A DNA stretch of 44,480 nucleotides from an archaeon (GCA_038046645.1 JBBSVU010000002.1:34995-79474), one strand, 5' to 3'. Positions 18,200-28,205 are shown, numbered from the stretch's first letter. Notes: generated by a model not told the origin, from the sequence alone. Made by a program: numbers and translations.

Positions 18200-19969
18200 A
18201 TGAGTAAATTATGCATAGCGCTAGCTGTCAGCTTTTTGTTTGTTCTAAATTTTGTTTCCGCGGAGATTCAGGCTGAATTAATTTCACCTTTTGGTGGGAC
18301 AATTATTTCAAAAAACCAGGGTAATGAAAATATTCTTTTTTCCTATTTTGATTCAAATGAGTCTGAAAATTTATTCCTGACTTTAGGCTATCATTATCCT
18401 AGCCAGCAATTCTTAGTAAACATTTTGCTTCAAGATGCTGATTTGAAACAATTTTGCCAGGACGAAGATAATAATTCCATTACTTTGCAAAATTGTAGCA
18501 TTGATTTTGATTCTACACAGCTGATTAGCACTCCTATGTTCCTAGATTTGCGGATAAGTGCAGAAAATAGTTCAGCAGAATTAAGCACTGCTGAAATAGT
18601 TATAAATAATACTTATCCAGAGATTATTGAGTATTATCCTGAAGGGAAAACCGATAATTATCAGATTAAATTTACAGTTCAGAGCGCTGATTCAGATATA
18701 GATATTGCGAAACTCAAAGTAATTGTAAATGATGATATTGAAATCCAAAATTGGGCTGAAAAATGCCAAATCTTGGGGAGCGAAAAAACTGTGCACTGCG
18801 AATGGTTTTCAGAATTGGTGGAAGAAGGTGAAAACTTTGTTTATGTTGAATCACACGATATAATTGGAAATGGAAGTTATGCAAGTGCTAAAGAGTGGTT
18901 TTTCATATTTGAAAAACCGCAGGATAAAAATCCGCCAAAGATAAAAATTGATTATCCGGAAAATAATTCCGTGCTTACAACAAATGAGTTTGATATAAAA
19001 TTTTCAGTTTCTGACAATGAAACTGGGATAACTGCAAGTGCATTGTTGCTTGATGGCCAGATGGTTGCTCTCCTCGAGCCGAATTCATCGGCATTGAAAT
19101 TAAGTGCTGAAGAAGGGGATCATAACCTTACCATGCTGGCTTATGATGATGCGCAAAATTATTCAGAATTAACAATAAACTTCAGCATAAAAAAACCAGA
19201 GCCTGAGAACTCGCCTATTGAACTGGAAACACCTAAAAATCCAACAGCAATGCTGGAAACTGAACAGGAAAATCAACCCGTAGGTGGAGAAAGTTTTCCT
19301 TGGTTAAAACGAAATCCAGAGCAAAATGGAATTCTTTCGAGTAACCAACAAGAAATAGGAGTGCAGCAAGCTCCAAAAAACGGGGCAGAGCTTGAAGATG
19401 TAAAACCTATTGAAGTAATTCCGCAGCCAAAAAAGAAGACAGAGAAAAATCAAGCAGGGCAGAAAAAATATGTTGATTTTAATTCAAGCATTAAAAAAAG
19501 CATTGCTGATATGAATATTGAAAAGGAATGCCTGCTTGAATTAATAAGTCCAATCGCTAAATCTGGGACAAATTTATTCAAAATAAAGATATTGCACAAG
19601 GATTCAGGTAAAATCTATAAATCAGCAAAGGCTTTGCTTGTTTCACCTGATAAATTGCTGATTAAAGGCATTGAATGTTTTGAATTGGATGGCAAAATTA
19701 TAGAAGAAGAGGATTATATCATAGATATTATCGGCGGAAAAGGCATTCCAATAGAAAAAACACTGGAGATTGAGGATGAATTTCCTGAAAATTTGGTAAA
19801 AAGCTTGCAATCCTATTTGCCTGTTACAGGGTTTGCAGTGCTTGAAAATAATCTTCCATGGATTTTGCTTATTTTGATTCTAATCCTGCTGGCTGTTGCC
19901 GCTAAGAAAGCATTGGAACGTAAAAAGAAGGATAAAAAGCAGGAGTATGGCTGGCTTGAAGAGCAATAA
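18200..19969 (+). CDS. Membrane-anchored surface protein with Ig-like domains
   Basis: N-terminal signal peptide, acidic beta-rich repeats (PPKIKIDYPENNS...FSVSDNETG), a low-complexity linker, then LPVTG, a TM helix and a basic tail. Confidence 0.82.
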   Translation: MSKLCIALAVSFLFVLNFVSAEIQAELISPFGGTIISKNQGNENILFSYFDSNESENLFLTLGYHYPSQQFLVNILLQDADLKQFCQDEDNNSITLQNCSIDFDSTQLISTPMFLDLRISAENSSAELSTAEIVINNTYPEIIEYYPEGKTDNYQIKFTVQSADSDIDIAKLKVIVNDDIEIQNWAEKCQILGSEKTVHCEWFSELVEEGENFVYVESHDIIGNGSYASAKEWFFIFEKPQDKNPPKIKIDYPENNSVLTTNEFDIKFSVSDNETGITASALLLDGQMVALLEPNSSALKLSAEEGDHNLTMLAYDDAQNYSELTINFSIKKPEPENSPIELETPKNPTAMLETEQENQPVGGESFPWLKRNPEQNGILSSNQQEIGVQQAPKNGAELEDVKPIEVIPQPKKKTEKNQAGQKKYVDFNSSIKKSIADMNIEKECLLELISPIAKSGTNLFKIKILHKDSGKIYKSAKALLVSPDKLLIKGIECFELDGKIIEEEDYIIDIIGGKGIPIEKTLEIEDEFPENLVKSLQSYLPVTGFAVLENNLPWILLILILILLAVAAKKALERKKKDKKQEYGWLEEQ

Positions 19970-20075
19970 CATCCCGGACACCCTGAACTCAAAATAATAA
20001 ACAATAAAAACCTAGCCTTCCTTATTTTATAACTTTAATTTAGTATATTAATAAATTGGGGATTGTGGGGATTTT

Positions 20076-23060
20076 GTGGTAATACTTCAAGAAATTACTC
20101 TGAAAAACTTCAAGTCATTTGAAAATGTAAAGGTTCCTTTCAAAAAAGGGGTTAGCGCAATTGTAGGGGCAAATGGCTCAGGCAAAAGCAATATCCTAGA
20201 TGCTTTGATGTTTGTTTTGGGCGCTACTGGCTTAAAGCAGTTAAGGGCATCGAAACTTAGCGATTTAATAAACACTAATTCTGTCGAAAATTATTGTAAA
20301 GTAGAATTAAAATTTACGGCAAATGAAAAACAATGGTTAATCAGCAGGATGATTGACAAGAACGGGCATTCCATCGTTAGGATTAATGATGATAGGAAAA
20401 CACTGAACGAAATGGTGTCAATGCTTGCTGAGTTTGGCATGACTAATGATGGTTATAATATACTCACTCAGGGTGAAGTAACTAGGGTAATCGAAAAAAA
20501 CCCGATTGAGCGAAGGCAGATTATTGATAATTTGGCAGGAATAAGGGAATTTGATGAAAAGAAGGAAGAAGCCGAGAAAGAATTGGGCAAGGTAGATGAA
20601 AAAATTAAGGACACAAATATTGTGCTGCATGAACGCGAAAATTATCTTGAAAAATTGAAGTCTGAAAAAGAAGCCGCAATGAAGTTTGATGGATTGAAAT
20701 TGAAAAGGGAGCAAACATTGGCAACAATACTGCATTTGGAACTGCAAAAAACAAACGAAATCATCGAGGAAAGCAAAAGGAATGTCGCAGAGGTTAATTC
20801 GAGGATAGAGGAAAAGAATGCCTTGGTTGAAAAGCTTGTAAAGGAGAGAGAGGAATCAGGAAAAGAAGCTGAAGAATTAAACAAGAAAATGCTTGAACAA
20901 AACCAGCAATTATATTCAGGGTTAGTAGCAGAACTTGAGAGAAAGAAGGCCCAAAGGAGTATGATTGATGAACAGATAAGAAATGCAGAAACCGCAAATG
21001 AAAAAGAAGCACAAAAACACGCAAATTTAAAAGAAAGTGAAGAAAAATTATTCCTGCAAAAGGAAAAGTTTGAAAAACGAGAAGAAGAAATTGAGGATGA
21101 ATTAAAAATTTTTGGGGAAAATGAAGCAAAATTAAAGTTAGAAAAGGCTGGTGCTGAAAAAACTCATGCTGATTTAAAAGGAAAAATTAAGAATATTGAA
21201 AGCGAACTTGCCGCTGCTGAATCTGAACTCGAAGAGTTAAATGAAAAGAAGCACAAGAAAGAAATGGAATTAAATTCAATAGAACGGGAGAATGAAATTG
21301 CATTAAAAAGAATTGAATCCCTGAAAAAAACAGCTAATATTGGCAGAAATGAACTGGTTTCTTTAGAAGCTAGGAGGCAGGAACTTTCAAAACAGATAGC
21401 CGGCAAAGATCTGCACAATGAAATTAAAGCGTTAGAGAATAATATTGAGACTGAAATAGGCAGGGAGAAAGAAATCTTAGCTAATTTGAATCATTTTAAA
21501 AATTCGTTATTAGAATTGGATAAGGTAAGTGCAAAATGCCCGATTTGTGAGAGTGCAATTAATGATGAAAAACGGAATGCACTAAAAGAAAAAAGAAAAA
21601 TCGCTATTAACGAGCATTCCACTTTGCTCGAAACCATCAAGCAGAAAACATTGGCTATGAAAAACGACCTTGAACACAATAGAAAAGCGCTTATTCTGCT
21701 GAATGAACTAAATTTGCTGATTCAAAAAATAGAAGAAAAACATTCTAGATTGCAGTTACTGGAAAAGGAACTGCATGAGCTGAATAATTCTATCAAAGAG
21801 ACTATAAATTTGGAAATTTCAATTGAAGAACTGAAAAAAGACATTGAAAGAGCAAGAAGCAGTAAAACACTTTTAGAATCAAAGATTGATGATTTCCAAA
21901 AAGGCCACATTTATGAAAAATTAAATGCCATTGAAAAGGAATATTCCGAGGTATTGGGCAAAAAACATGTTTTAATGCATGAAAAGAAGACTATCGGGGA
22001 AGAATTATTGCCTAATACAAAAGAGCAATTGAAAAAAACAAAAGAAGAACTAAATGCTTTTGATTCAGAAAATAAGAATTTAACAAAAGATCTGCATGAA
22101 AAGAGTAAATTGCTTGAATCTTTGAAAAAAGAGATAGATAAGGAAGAAGCAAGATTGGAAAAAGAAAAGGAAGCAGCATCAAAAATAGAAAAACAAAGGG
22201 AAGAGATGCTGAAAAAAATTACTTCAATTGAAGAAAGGCTTTCAGGTCTGGAAAAATCGAGCACAAAGCTGATTGCAGACAAGAGCAAGTTTGAGGTAGA
22301 CCAAAATACTTACACAATAAGGCTGAAAGACCTAAAAGAGGAATTTGAGAGATATAAGGAAATTCAGGTATTTGAACATAAGACATTAAAAACACTGAAA
22401 GATGATTTGAAAGACATTGAGCAGGAATTGGCAAAGATAGGCGCAATTAATTTTAAAGCCGCTGAATCCTATGCTGAATTAGAGAAAGAAGTAACTGATG
22501 TTAGGGGCAAGGTAATGAAATTGGAAGAAGAGAAACAGTCAGTGTTAAAGCTGATTGAAAGCATTGATGTCAAGAGAAAAATAGTTTTCATGAATTGCTT
22601 TGAGGTAATTTCAAAGAATTTCAGGGAAATATGCCTAACCTTCTTTGAAAGTGAAGGTTCATTAAAGCTTAGCGATGAAAATGACATATTTAATGCAGGT
22701 TTATTGATTGAGGTGCAGCACAAAGGCAAAAGTATTTTAAGGCTTGATTCTATGAGCGGTGGAGAAAAAGCAATTACTGCACTTGCATTCCTATTCTCAA
22801 TCCTGCTTTACCACAAATCGCCATTCTATGTGTTTGATGAGGCAGATGCTGCTTTGGATAAAGAAAATTCATCCAAAATGGCACGCATTATTGAACGATT
22901 CAGCACAGAAGCGCAGTTTGTGCTTATTACTCATAATGACAGCCTGATTAAGCACGCGAATCAGATAGTTGGGGTTACCTTAAACAAGGATAAATCAAGC
23001 ATTATAGGCCTTAATATAAAACCGAGCCTAGTAAAAGAAGTAGAGGCAGAATCGCCTTAA
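20076..23060 (+). CDS. smc: Smc-family chromosome ATPase with a central CxxC zinc hook instead of a hinge
   Basis: NFKSF, Walker A GANGSGKSNILDA, LRA...DLI, Q-loop TQG, signature MSGGEK, Walker B/D-loop FYVFDEADAALD and QFVLITH. Long coiled coils with CPIC at aa 488-491. Confidence 0.88.
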   Translation: MVILQEITLKNFKSFENVKVPFKKGVSAIVGANGSGKSNILDALMFVLGATGLKQLRASKLSDLINTNSVENYCKVELKFTANEKQWLISRMIDKNGHSIVRINDDRKTLNEMVSMLAEFGMTNDGYNILTQGEVTRVIEKNPIERRQIIDNLAGIREFDEKKEEAEKELGKVDEKIKDTNIVLHERENYLEKLKSEKEAAMKFDGLKLKREQTLATILHLELQKTNEIIEESKRNVAEVNSRIEEKNALVEKLVKEREESGKEAEELNKKMLEQNQQLYSGLVAELERKKAQRSMIDEQIRNAETANEKEAQKHANLKESEEKLFLQKEKFEKREEEIEDELKIFGENEAKLKLEKAGAEKTHADLKGKIKNIESELAAAESELEELNEKKHKKEMELNSIERENEIALKRIESLKKTANIGRNELVSLEARRQELSKQIAGKDLHNEIKALENNIETEIGREKEILANLNHFKNSLLELDKVSAKCPICESAINDEKRNALKEKRKIAINEHSTLLETIKQKTLAMKNDLEHNRKALILLNELNLLIQKIEEKHSRLQLLEKELHELNNSIKETINLEISIEELKKDIERARSSKTLLESKIDDFQKGHIYEKLNAIEKEYSEVLGKKHVLMHEKKTIGEELLPNTKEQLKKTKEELNAFDSENKNLTKDLHEKSKLLESLKKEIDKEEARLEKEKEAASKIEKQREEMLKKITSIEERLSGLEKSSTKLIADKSKFEVDQNTYTIRLKDLKEEFERYKEIQVFEHKTLKTLKDDLKDIEQELAKIGAINFKAAESYAELEKEVTDVRGKVMKLEEEKQSVLKLIESIDVKRKIVFMNCFEVISKNFREICLTFFESEGSLKLSDENDIFNAGLLIEVQHKGKSILRLDSMSGGEKAITALAFLFSILLYHKSPFYVFDEADAALDKENSSKMARIIERFSTEAQFVLITHNDSLIKHANQIVGVTLNKDKSSIIGLNIKPSLVKEVEAESP

Positions 23061-23098
23061 TGCCTAATTATACAATTAATTGAATCCGTTTTTTTTGA

Positions 23099-25492
23099 TT
23101 ATACAGTTCTCAAATCCCTTGCGGGTTTTTCTTCCTTTGGCTTCTGCTTGTGCTCAACCATCATTTTGTTTATGTCTTTAATTATCTCGGTCTGCTGCTC
23201 AATCTCCTTTGTCAAGCCAGAAATCTTTTCTTTATACGCCTCAATATTTCTTTCATAATCTTCCCTAGTTATTTCCCCTCTCTTAAACTGGTGTTTTAAA
23301 TCCCTGATTAGATGCTGCGAAGCATATAATTCAGCCTTTACCCTGTCAACCTCAACAACATGTTTGGATGTTTCAGCCCTTCCTTCAAGCAAATCCTTCA
23401 ATTCCTGTTTATATCTTTCGCTTACTGCTTCATAATGTTTCATATTTATTGTTCCTGAAACAAGTGAGTCATCTAATTTGTGCTGCATCTTTTTAATTTC
23501 TTCAATCCTGCTGGTGATTGAAACCTTTGGTTTTGCCTCGGGCAATTGCAAGTGCAGCTTTGCCCTGTACATGTAAACCAAAAGTGCAAGTATTACTAAG
23601 ATGAGAATAATTATTACTGAGATTAAAACATAATCAAGATTTATTGTGCCTGTGTTATTTGTCAGCACTGAAGAACCATTATCTGGTTCTGTTGATGGCA
23701 TAACATTAGAATTAGGCATTGCACCAATCTTTTCATAAGCCGAATTCATCACATCATGCACTTCAGTAGCCATAAAAATTAAAGTAACGCCGCTTAAGGC
23801 CATCTCCTTTGCTTTTCCTATGCTGTTTTTATCTTCATAGAATTTTGCTGCCTTGAGGAAATAATTTGCATGGTCTAAATACAAGCGAGCCCATACAAAC
23901 GGATAATTACTTTTTGAAATATCTGAATTAAGCGAATTTATTTTTTTATCCAATATGTCAATTAACTGGCCTACAGATTTCCCTTCTATTGTTGCTTCTC
24001 CCTGTGCCAAGCCATATGCTGAAGCAGCATCCAATGCGCTGCTTAAATTCCAGGACTGTGCTTTTTCAACACTGCTTGCATTTATTCTCCTTAGTATGTC
24101 TTCTCCCTTTGACTCTTCATTAAGTATTGAGATTACATCCTCTGCTTTTACCTGATACTGGTCAGCCAAATCCCCAAATTTATCTGAAATATCTGCATAT
24201 GGGCCTGTGCCTAATGAGAATGTATAAAGATTTTTTGCAATATTAAGCCATTGCTTTGCATATTCGTAATCCAATATATTTGATATTGCCATGCTTTTTA
24301 CATCAAGGATATCGCCTTCAATGGTTATCTGCTGCCCCTGCTTTAATTGTTCAATATTCATTTTGGCCCAAATCAATCTTTCCTGTGCAGATATCTGCCA
24401 TTCAAACAATTCCTTGGAAACAGGGTTGTTAAGCTTTTTTTCAAGTTTAACCAAATCTTCTTCAAGTGAATTTATTTTGCTATTTAATAACTTTGAATTT
24501 ATTTCCATTAATGATGGGTTTGTGACAATATCCTCGACCAAAGAAGCATTCACCAAAGCCAAAAAAGCATAATTTGCTGCAGAATAAAGATAATTCTGCC
24601 CAAGCAGGTTCTTTGCATCCTCGATTGTTTTTTCGGAACTGTTCAGTGAAGACATTAATGCGTTCAAAAGTTCTGAATCCTGCAAAATAGTGTTTGAGAG
24701 CGAGCCTTTCGCAGACTTCAGCTTTTCCTGCGCTTCATTCACATATTCATCCGTGAATTCCTTCATCGGATTTAATTTTTCATTCAATGGAATTGATTCT
24801 GGAATAAAATTAGGCAAATCCTCCTTAACAAATTGGCTTGGGTCAATTGTATTCAAATCAACAAACGCATATTTTAACATGTCATCTATTGACCTTACCT
24901 CAATTATCTTGATGCCCCATTCAGCATATGCATACTCCCTCAAATCTACTGTTTTGATTGAATTATCCGGGAATTGCTGTGTTTGTATGGATTCCCCTTC
25001 AGGGATGAAGAATAATTTGATGCCTACTTCTGCTGCTTTTTTTGCCTTTGCAAATACCCCTCCAACCGCACTGACATAACCGTCATTGTCCAGGGTGCCT
25101 GTTGCTGAAACATATTCTGGCAATTTGGCATCTGTCAAGCAGCTCACAGTCAGCAGGCCCATTGCAGCGCCTGCTGATGGCCCCTCAACAATTGATGCAT
25201 CTGAATTAATATCGAAGAAATAATTGTATTTGTCAACATCCTTGAAGTAGTTTTTGGAAACTTCAACTGCACTTTTTTCTGTATTTTGGGTGCTTGTCCC
25301 TACAAGTGATTCCACTAAGCTGTAAACCTTTCCTGTGCCTGGTTTTAGCTCAAGTGATAAATCTGCCTTTATTGCACCGCCATTACCGGTTATTACCGCA
25401 AATATCGGCATTGAGCATTTTTCAATGACTGCAAAATTGACTGGAATCAAAAAAACCAAAAATAGGACAAACATTAACTTAATCTTGTTCAT
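23099..25492 (-). CDS. Membrane-anchored archaeal S16 (Lon-like) serine protease
   Basis: Signal peptide, GPSAG catalytic Ser, ATGT...VGGVFAK catalytic Lys, no AAA+ module, one TM helix and a cytoplasmic coiled tail. Confidence 0.88.
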   Translation of the reverse strand: MNKIKLMFVLFLVFLIPVNFAVIEKCSMPIFAVITGNGGAIKADLSLELKPGTGKVYSLVESLVGTSTQNTEKSAVEVSKNYFKDVDKYNYFFDINSDASIVEGPSAGAAMGLLTVSCLTDAKLPEYVSATGTLDNDGYVSAVGGVFAKAKKAAEVGIKLFFIPEGESIQTQQFPDNSIKTVDLREYAYAEWGIKIIEVRSIDDMLKYAFVDLNTIDPSQFVKEDLPNFIPESIPLNEKLNPMKEFTDEYVNEAQEKLKSAKGSLSNTILQDSELLNALMSSLNSSEKTIEDAKNLLGQNYLYSAANYAFLALVNASLVEDIVTNPSLMEINSKLLNSKINSLEEDLVKLEKKLNNPVSKELFEWQISAQERLIWAKMNIEQLKQGQQITIEGDILDVKSMAISNILDYEYAKQWLNIAKNLYTFSLGTGPYADISDKFGDLADQYQVKAEDVISILNEESKGEDILRRINASSVEKAQSWNLSSALDAASAYGLAQGEATIEGKSVGQLIDILDKKINSLNSDISKSNYPFVWARLYLDHANYFLKAAKFYEDKNSIGKAKEMALSGVTLIFMATEVHDVMNSAYEKIGAMPNSNVMPSTEPDNGSSVLTNNTGTINLDYVLISVIIILILVILALLVYMYRAKLHLQLPEAKPKVSITSRIEEIKKMQHKLDDSLVSGTINMKHYEAVSERYKQELKDLLEGRAETSKHVVEVDRVKAELYASQHLIRDLKHQFKRGEITREDYERNIEAYKEKISGLTKEIEQQTEIIKDINKMMVEHKQKPKEEKPARDLRTV

Positions 25493-25699
25493 AACAATTC
25501 ACATACGCACGTTAAGAAATTTTTTTAGCTAAAAAGTATTTATTAATTAATAGATTAAGGGGTTTTAAAGTTAATTGTTCAAAAATAGCACTGAAGTTCC
25601 ACAAAATTATTTATGTGTTGCATATACCTAAACTTGATTATGGTTTTTGTGAAATGCAGAATTAGAATTATCTAAACAAACCTACTTTAGTTTAGGAAA

Positions 25700-25738
25700 A
25701 TCCCCTTATTCCAAATAAATGGAAAATAAAAAAGGGGT
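25700..25738 (-). terminator. Probable terminator after rpl12
   Basis: mRNA CCCCUUUUUUAUUUUCCA...UGGAAUAAGGGG directly after the stop codon: oligo-U tract plus imperfect hairpin. Confidence 0.5.
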
Positions 25739-26038
25739 TTAACCGAACAAAGCGCTTAAACCTGATGCTGCTTCTTCTTCGGTCTTTTTCTCGTCAACTT
25801 TCTTTTCTTCCTTTGCTGGTGCTGCTGTTGCTGCTGCAACCGGAGCTGCTGCTACCTGCATTATTGAAGCTTTCTTGATTGCTTCATCTATATTTACATC
25901 TTTCAATGAAGCCACTAAAGCTTTTATCTTTGAGGTATCTGCTGTGCTGCCTGTTGCTTCTATTACTTTCTTTACACCAGCTTCATCAACTGCCTTTCCT
26001 GCAGAATGAAGAAGCAATGCGGAATATACGTACTCCAT
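25739..26038 (-). CDS. rpl12: 50S ribosomal stalk protein P1/L12
   Basis: [11 protein letters not shown] start, Ala-rich hinge and GLSALFG end. Confidence 0.97.
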   Translation of the reverse strand: MEYVYSALLLHSAGKAVDEAGVKKVIEATGSTADTSKIKALVASLKDVNIDEAIKKASIMQVAAAPVAAATAAPAKEEKKVDEKKTEEEAASGLSALFG

Positions 26039-26081
26039 ATTTTAACCTCCATATAATCATATCATAATTTCTTAATTATTA

Positions 26082-26942
26082 TTATGCTGCTGCTTCAGCT
26101 GCCTGCTCCTTTATCAATGGTTTAATCCCATTGGCTATGCGGGCAGCTTTTGCGATTATATCTTCTGTTGTATATTTAGTAAGGAAGTTTGCTTCCATGG
26201 CAATTTCTTTGGCTTCCTTAAATGCCTTTCCAACAAGCACTTCTGCATTATCCTTTGTCGGATATGCTATTTCAACCGATAAATTAAATGCATTGTTGTG
26301 TGCTTGCATTAAATCATTAATGAACTGGTCTGCATCAATATCCAGGACAGCTGGCAAGAATAATTCCCCTTTTTCATATATTGCAGCTGCATTTGTCCCA
26401 ACCTTGAAAGGTTTCAAATTTAATGCACCAAGAACAGAACATACTTCTGCCTTAATTGGTTCGCCCTTCTTTGTCACTACCTGGTCTTCAGCAATTGAGA
26501 TTGTTGCACCCATCTTTACCTTAACACCGGCATTCTTGAATGTGGTTAATGCTGGCCCTGGCGGCAATCCAGTGTCACATGCTGGAACAACAATATTTTC
26601 CGGAGCTATCATGCCGGGTTTTGCTGATGCAGGCTGCTTGCTTTTTTTCAGGTATGCAAACAGCTCAAACGCATTCATGTTTGTAAATATCAATCCGACT
26701 GAACCTTTGATATAATCCTTCAATTTTGAATCCTTAGCCCTTGATTCACCTAAGGCACGCAATACAATCTTTGTTTTTGATATCTTTACCTTTGCCGCAG
26801 GAATTAAACCCTTTCTTACCCTTTGAATAATGCTTGCAGGTGTGTTTTTTAAATCAAGGATTGCCACTGATTCATACTTATTGAATAAATCCTTCAATTC
26901 CTTGAATTCAGACTCTTTCCATTTCCTGAAATGCATAGTCAT
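26082..26942 (-). CDS. rpl10: 50S ribosomal protein uL10 (P0)
   Basis: WK...KISKTK, AKPG.IAP..IVVPA.DTGLPPGP and NAFNLSV motifs, plus operon position. Confidence 0.96.
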   Translation of the reverse strand: MTMHFRKWKESEFKELKDLFNKYESVAILDLKNTPASIIQRVRKGLIPAAKVKISKTKIVLRALGESRAKDSKLKDYIKGSVGLIFTNMNAFELFAYLKKSKQPASAKPGMIAPENIVVPACDTGLPPGPALTTFKNAGVKVKMGATISIAEDQVVTKKGEPIKAEVCSVLGALNLKPFKVGTNAAAIYEKGELFLPAVLDIDADQFINDLMQAHNNAFNLSVEIAYPTKDNAEVLVGKAFKEAKEIAMEANFLTKYTTEDIIAKAARIANGIKPLIKEQAAEAAA

Positions 26943-27602
26943 TTAGATACCCTCTGTAAACTTTACAGGCTGGCTCATTGATTTTTTGACATAGATTGCT
27001 CGGACATTTGTCCTGTTTTGCGGCAATGCTAGCAAAAGCGCATTATATGCCGTAAGAATATTGTCCGCAAGATTCTCCAAGTTGGAATTTTCCTTCCCAA
27101 TTACTACCTGTATCATCGGCACAATCTTGTTGTGCTTGTTTGTAATTTTCACAGTAGTGCTGCTTGCTGCCAATATTTCCTTTATCTTTTCAGGGCTCTG
27201 CTCAACCATAATCGGCATCTTCCCCTTTGGCGCCAAATGCTGGCCCAAATGTTTACCCACAGATAACATTGTTGGCCCGGCTTCTGCCATTAAAACATCA
27301 TATTCAATAAGTTTGGCAATCTGCTGCTTTGGAATCTTTGGGATTTCCTCATCAAATATTACTTCATTAAATAATCCTTTAACTGCTTCAGCAAAGCTTT
27401 TTGTCTTGGCAAATAATGCCGAAGTTACCTTTTCCTTTCCTGTTGCATAGGGTAAATTTACCTTTATGTCAATCTGGCTGCTTGGCTTTTTCAAATCAAG
27501 CCCTTTAAAAGTCACAATGAATTCCACAGACTGCACAAAGTTTCTCTGCTTTGCTTCAGACTGCATCTTTTCCAGATTTTTCAGGATTATTTTTTTATCC
27601 AA
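26943..27602 (-). CDS. rpl1: 50S ribosomal protein uL1
   Basis: RNFVQSVE, LGQHLAPKGKMP and YVKKSM motifs. Start moved to TTG 27602, with GGAGG 8 nt upstream. Confidence 0.95.
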   Translation of the reverse strand: MDKKIILKNLEKMQSEAKQRNFVQSVEFIVTFKGLDLKKPSSQIDIKVNLPYATGKEKVTSALFAKTKSFAEAVKGLFNEVIFDEEIPKIPKQQIAKLIEYDVLMAEAGPTMLSVGKHLGQHLAPKGKMPIMVEQSPEKIKEILAASSTTVKITNKHNKIVPMIQVVIGKENSNLENLADNILTAYNALLLALPQNRTNVRAIYVKKSMSQPVKFTEGI

Positions 27603-27607
27603 ACTAA

Positions 27608-27637
27608 AAACCTCCTGCACTAGGCAGTAAGCGGTTT
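27608..27637 (-). promoter_or_regulatory. Putative uL1-binding autoregulatory RNA element covering the rpl1 RBS
   Basis: mRNA AAACC-GCUUA-CUGC-cuagu-GCAG-GA-GGUUU: two helices around an asymmetric GCUUA/GA internal loop, resembling L1 target sites. TTTAAA promoter element at 27693-27698. Confidence 0.6.
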
Positions 27638-27728
27638 GGTTCACAACTTGAACCGAATACGCGAAATATTATGATATTCTTCCTGACAAAGGTTTAAATA
27701 TCTTGCTTTAACTTAGGAAAAAAAAGTA

Positions 27729-28205
27729 TTATTTTCCCAATATGCTGTCGTATTTCCCTTCGTCAACATCCTTCATTATTTCTTTAGCCCTTTTTCCTTC
27801 AACAGTAATGCCCATGCTGTCGCATGTTCCAATTACTTCCTTCGCCATTTTTTTTGGCACATATGAGGACATTTTTTCACCTTTGCTTTCTGCGATTGTT
27901 TTCACCTGTGCCATTGTTAAATTCCCCATGCGGTCTGTTTTTGCATTTGCCGCACCTTTCTGGGCATTTGCTGTTTTTTTAATTAATGCAGAAGTCGGAG
28001 GGCTTCCAACAAATATTTCAAATGTTTTCTTGCTTGGATTGACATCTACTTCTACCGGAACAGTCATGCCCTCAAACTTTTTTGTCTGTTCATTAATCTT
28101 TGCTACAACCTGCCCGATATTTACCCCTAATGGCCCTAATGCCGGCCCTAATGGAGCACCTGCTGTTGCCTTTCCACCTTCAACCATTGCTTTTATCTTT
28201 GGCAT
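27729..28205 (-). CDS. rpl11: 50S ribosomal protein uL11
   Basis: GGKATAGAPLGPALGPLG, PPTSALIKK and GTCDSMGITVEG motifs. Confidence 0.98.
   Translation of the reverse strand: MPKIKAMVEGGKATAGAPLGPALGPLGVNIGQVVAKINEQTKKFEGMTVPVEVDVNPSKKTFEIFVGSPPTSALIKKTANAQKGAANAKTDRMGNLTMAQVKTIAESKGEKMSSYVPKKMAKEVIGTCDSMGITVEGKRAKEIMKDVDEGKYDSILGK

Noticed and set aside
20076..23060. Annotation as ordinary Rad50
   Set aside because: Head motifs (FDEADAALD rather than LDEPT, GKSNI, LRA) are Smc-type and no mre11 is adjacent.
25627..25696. 8-bp inverted repeat CCTAAACT/AGTTTAGG bounding 70 bp in the protease-rpl12 spacer (possible MITE or small RNA)
   Set aside because: Short, single copy in the window, with no target duplication or internal structure.
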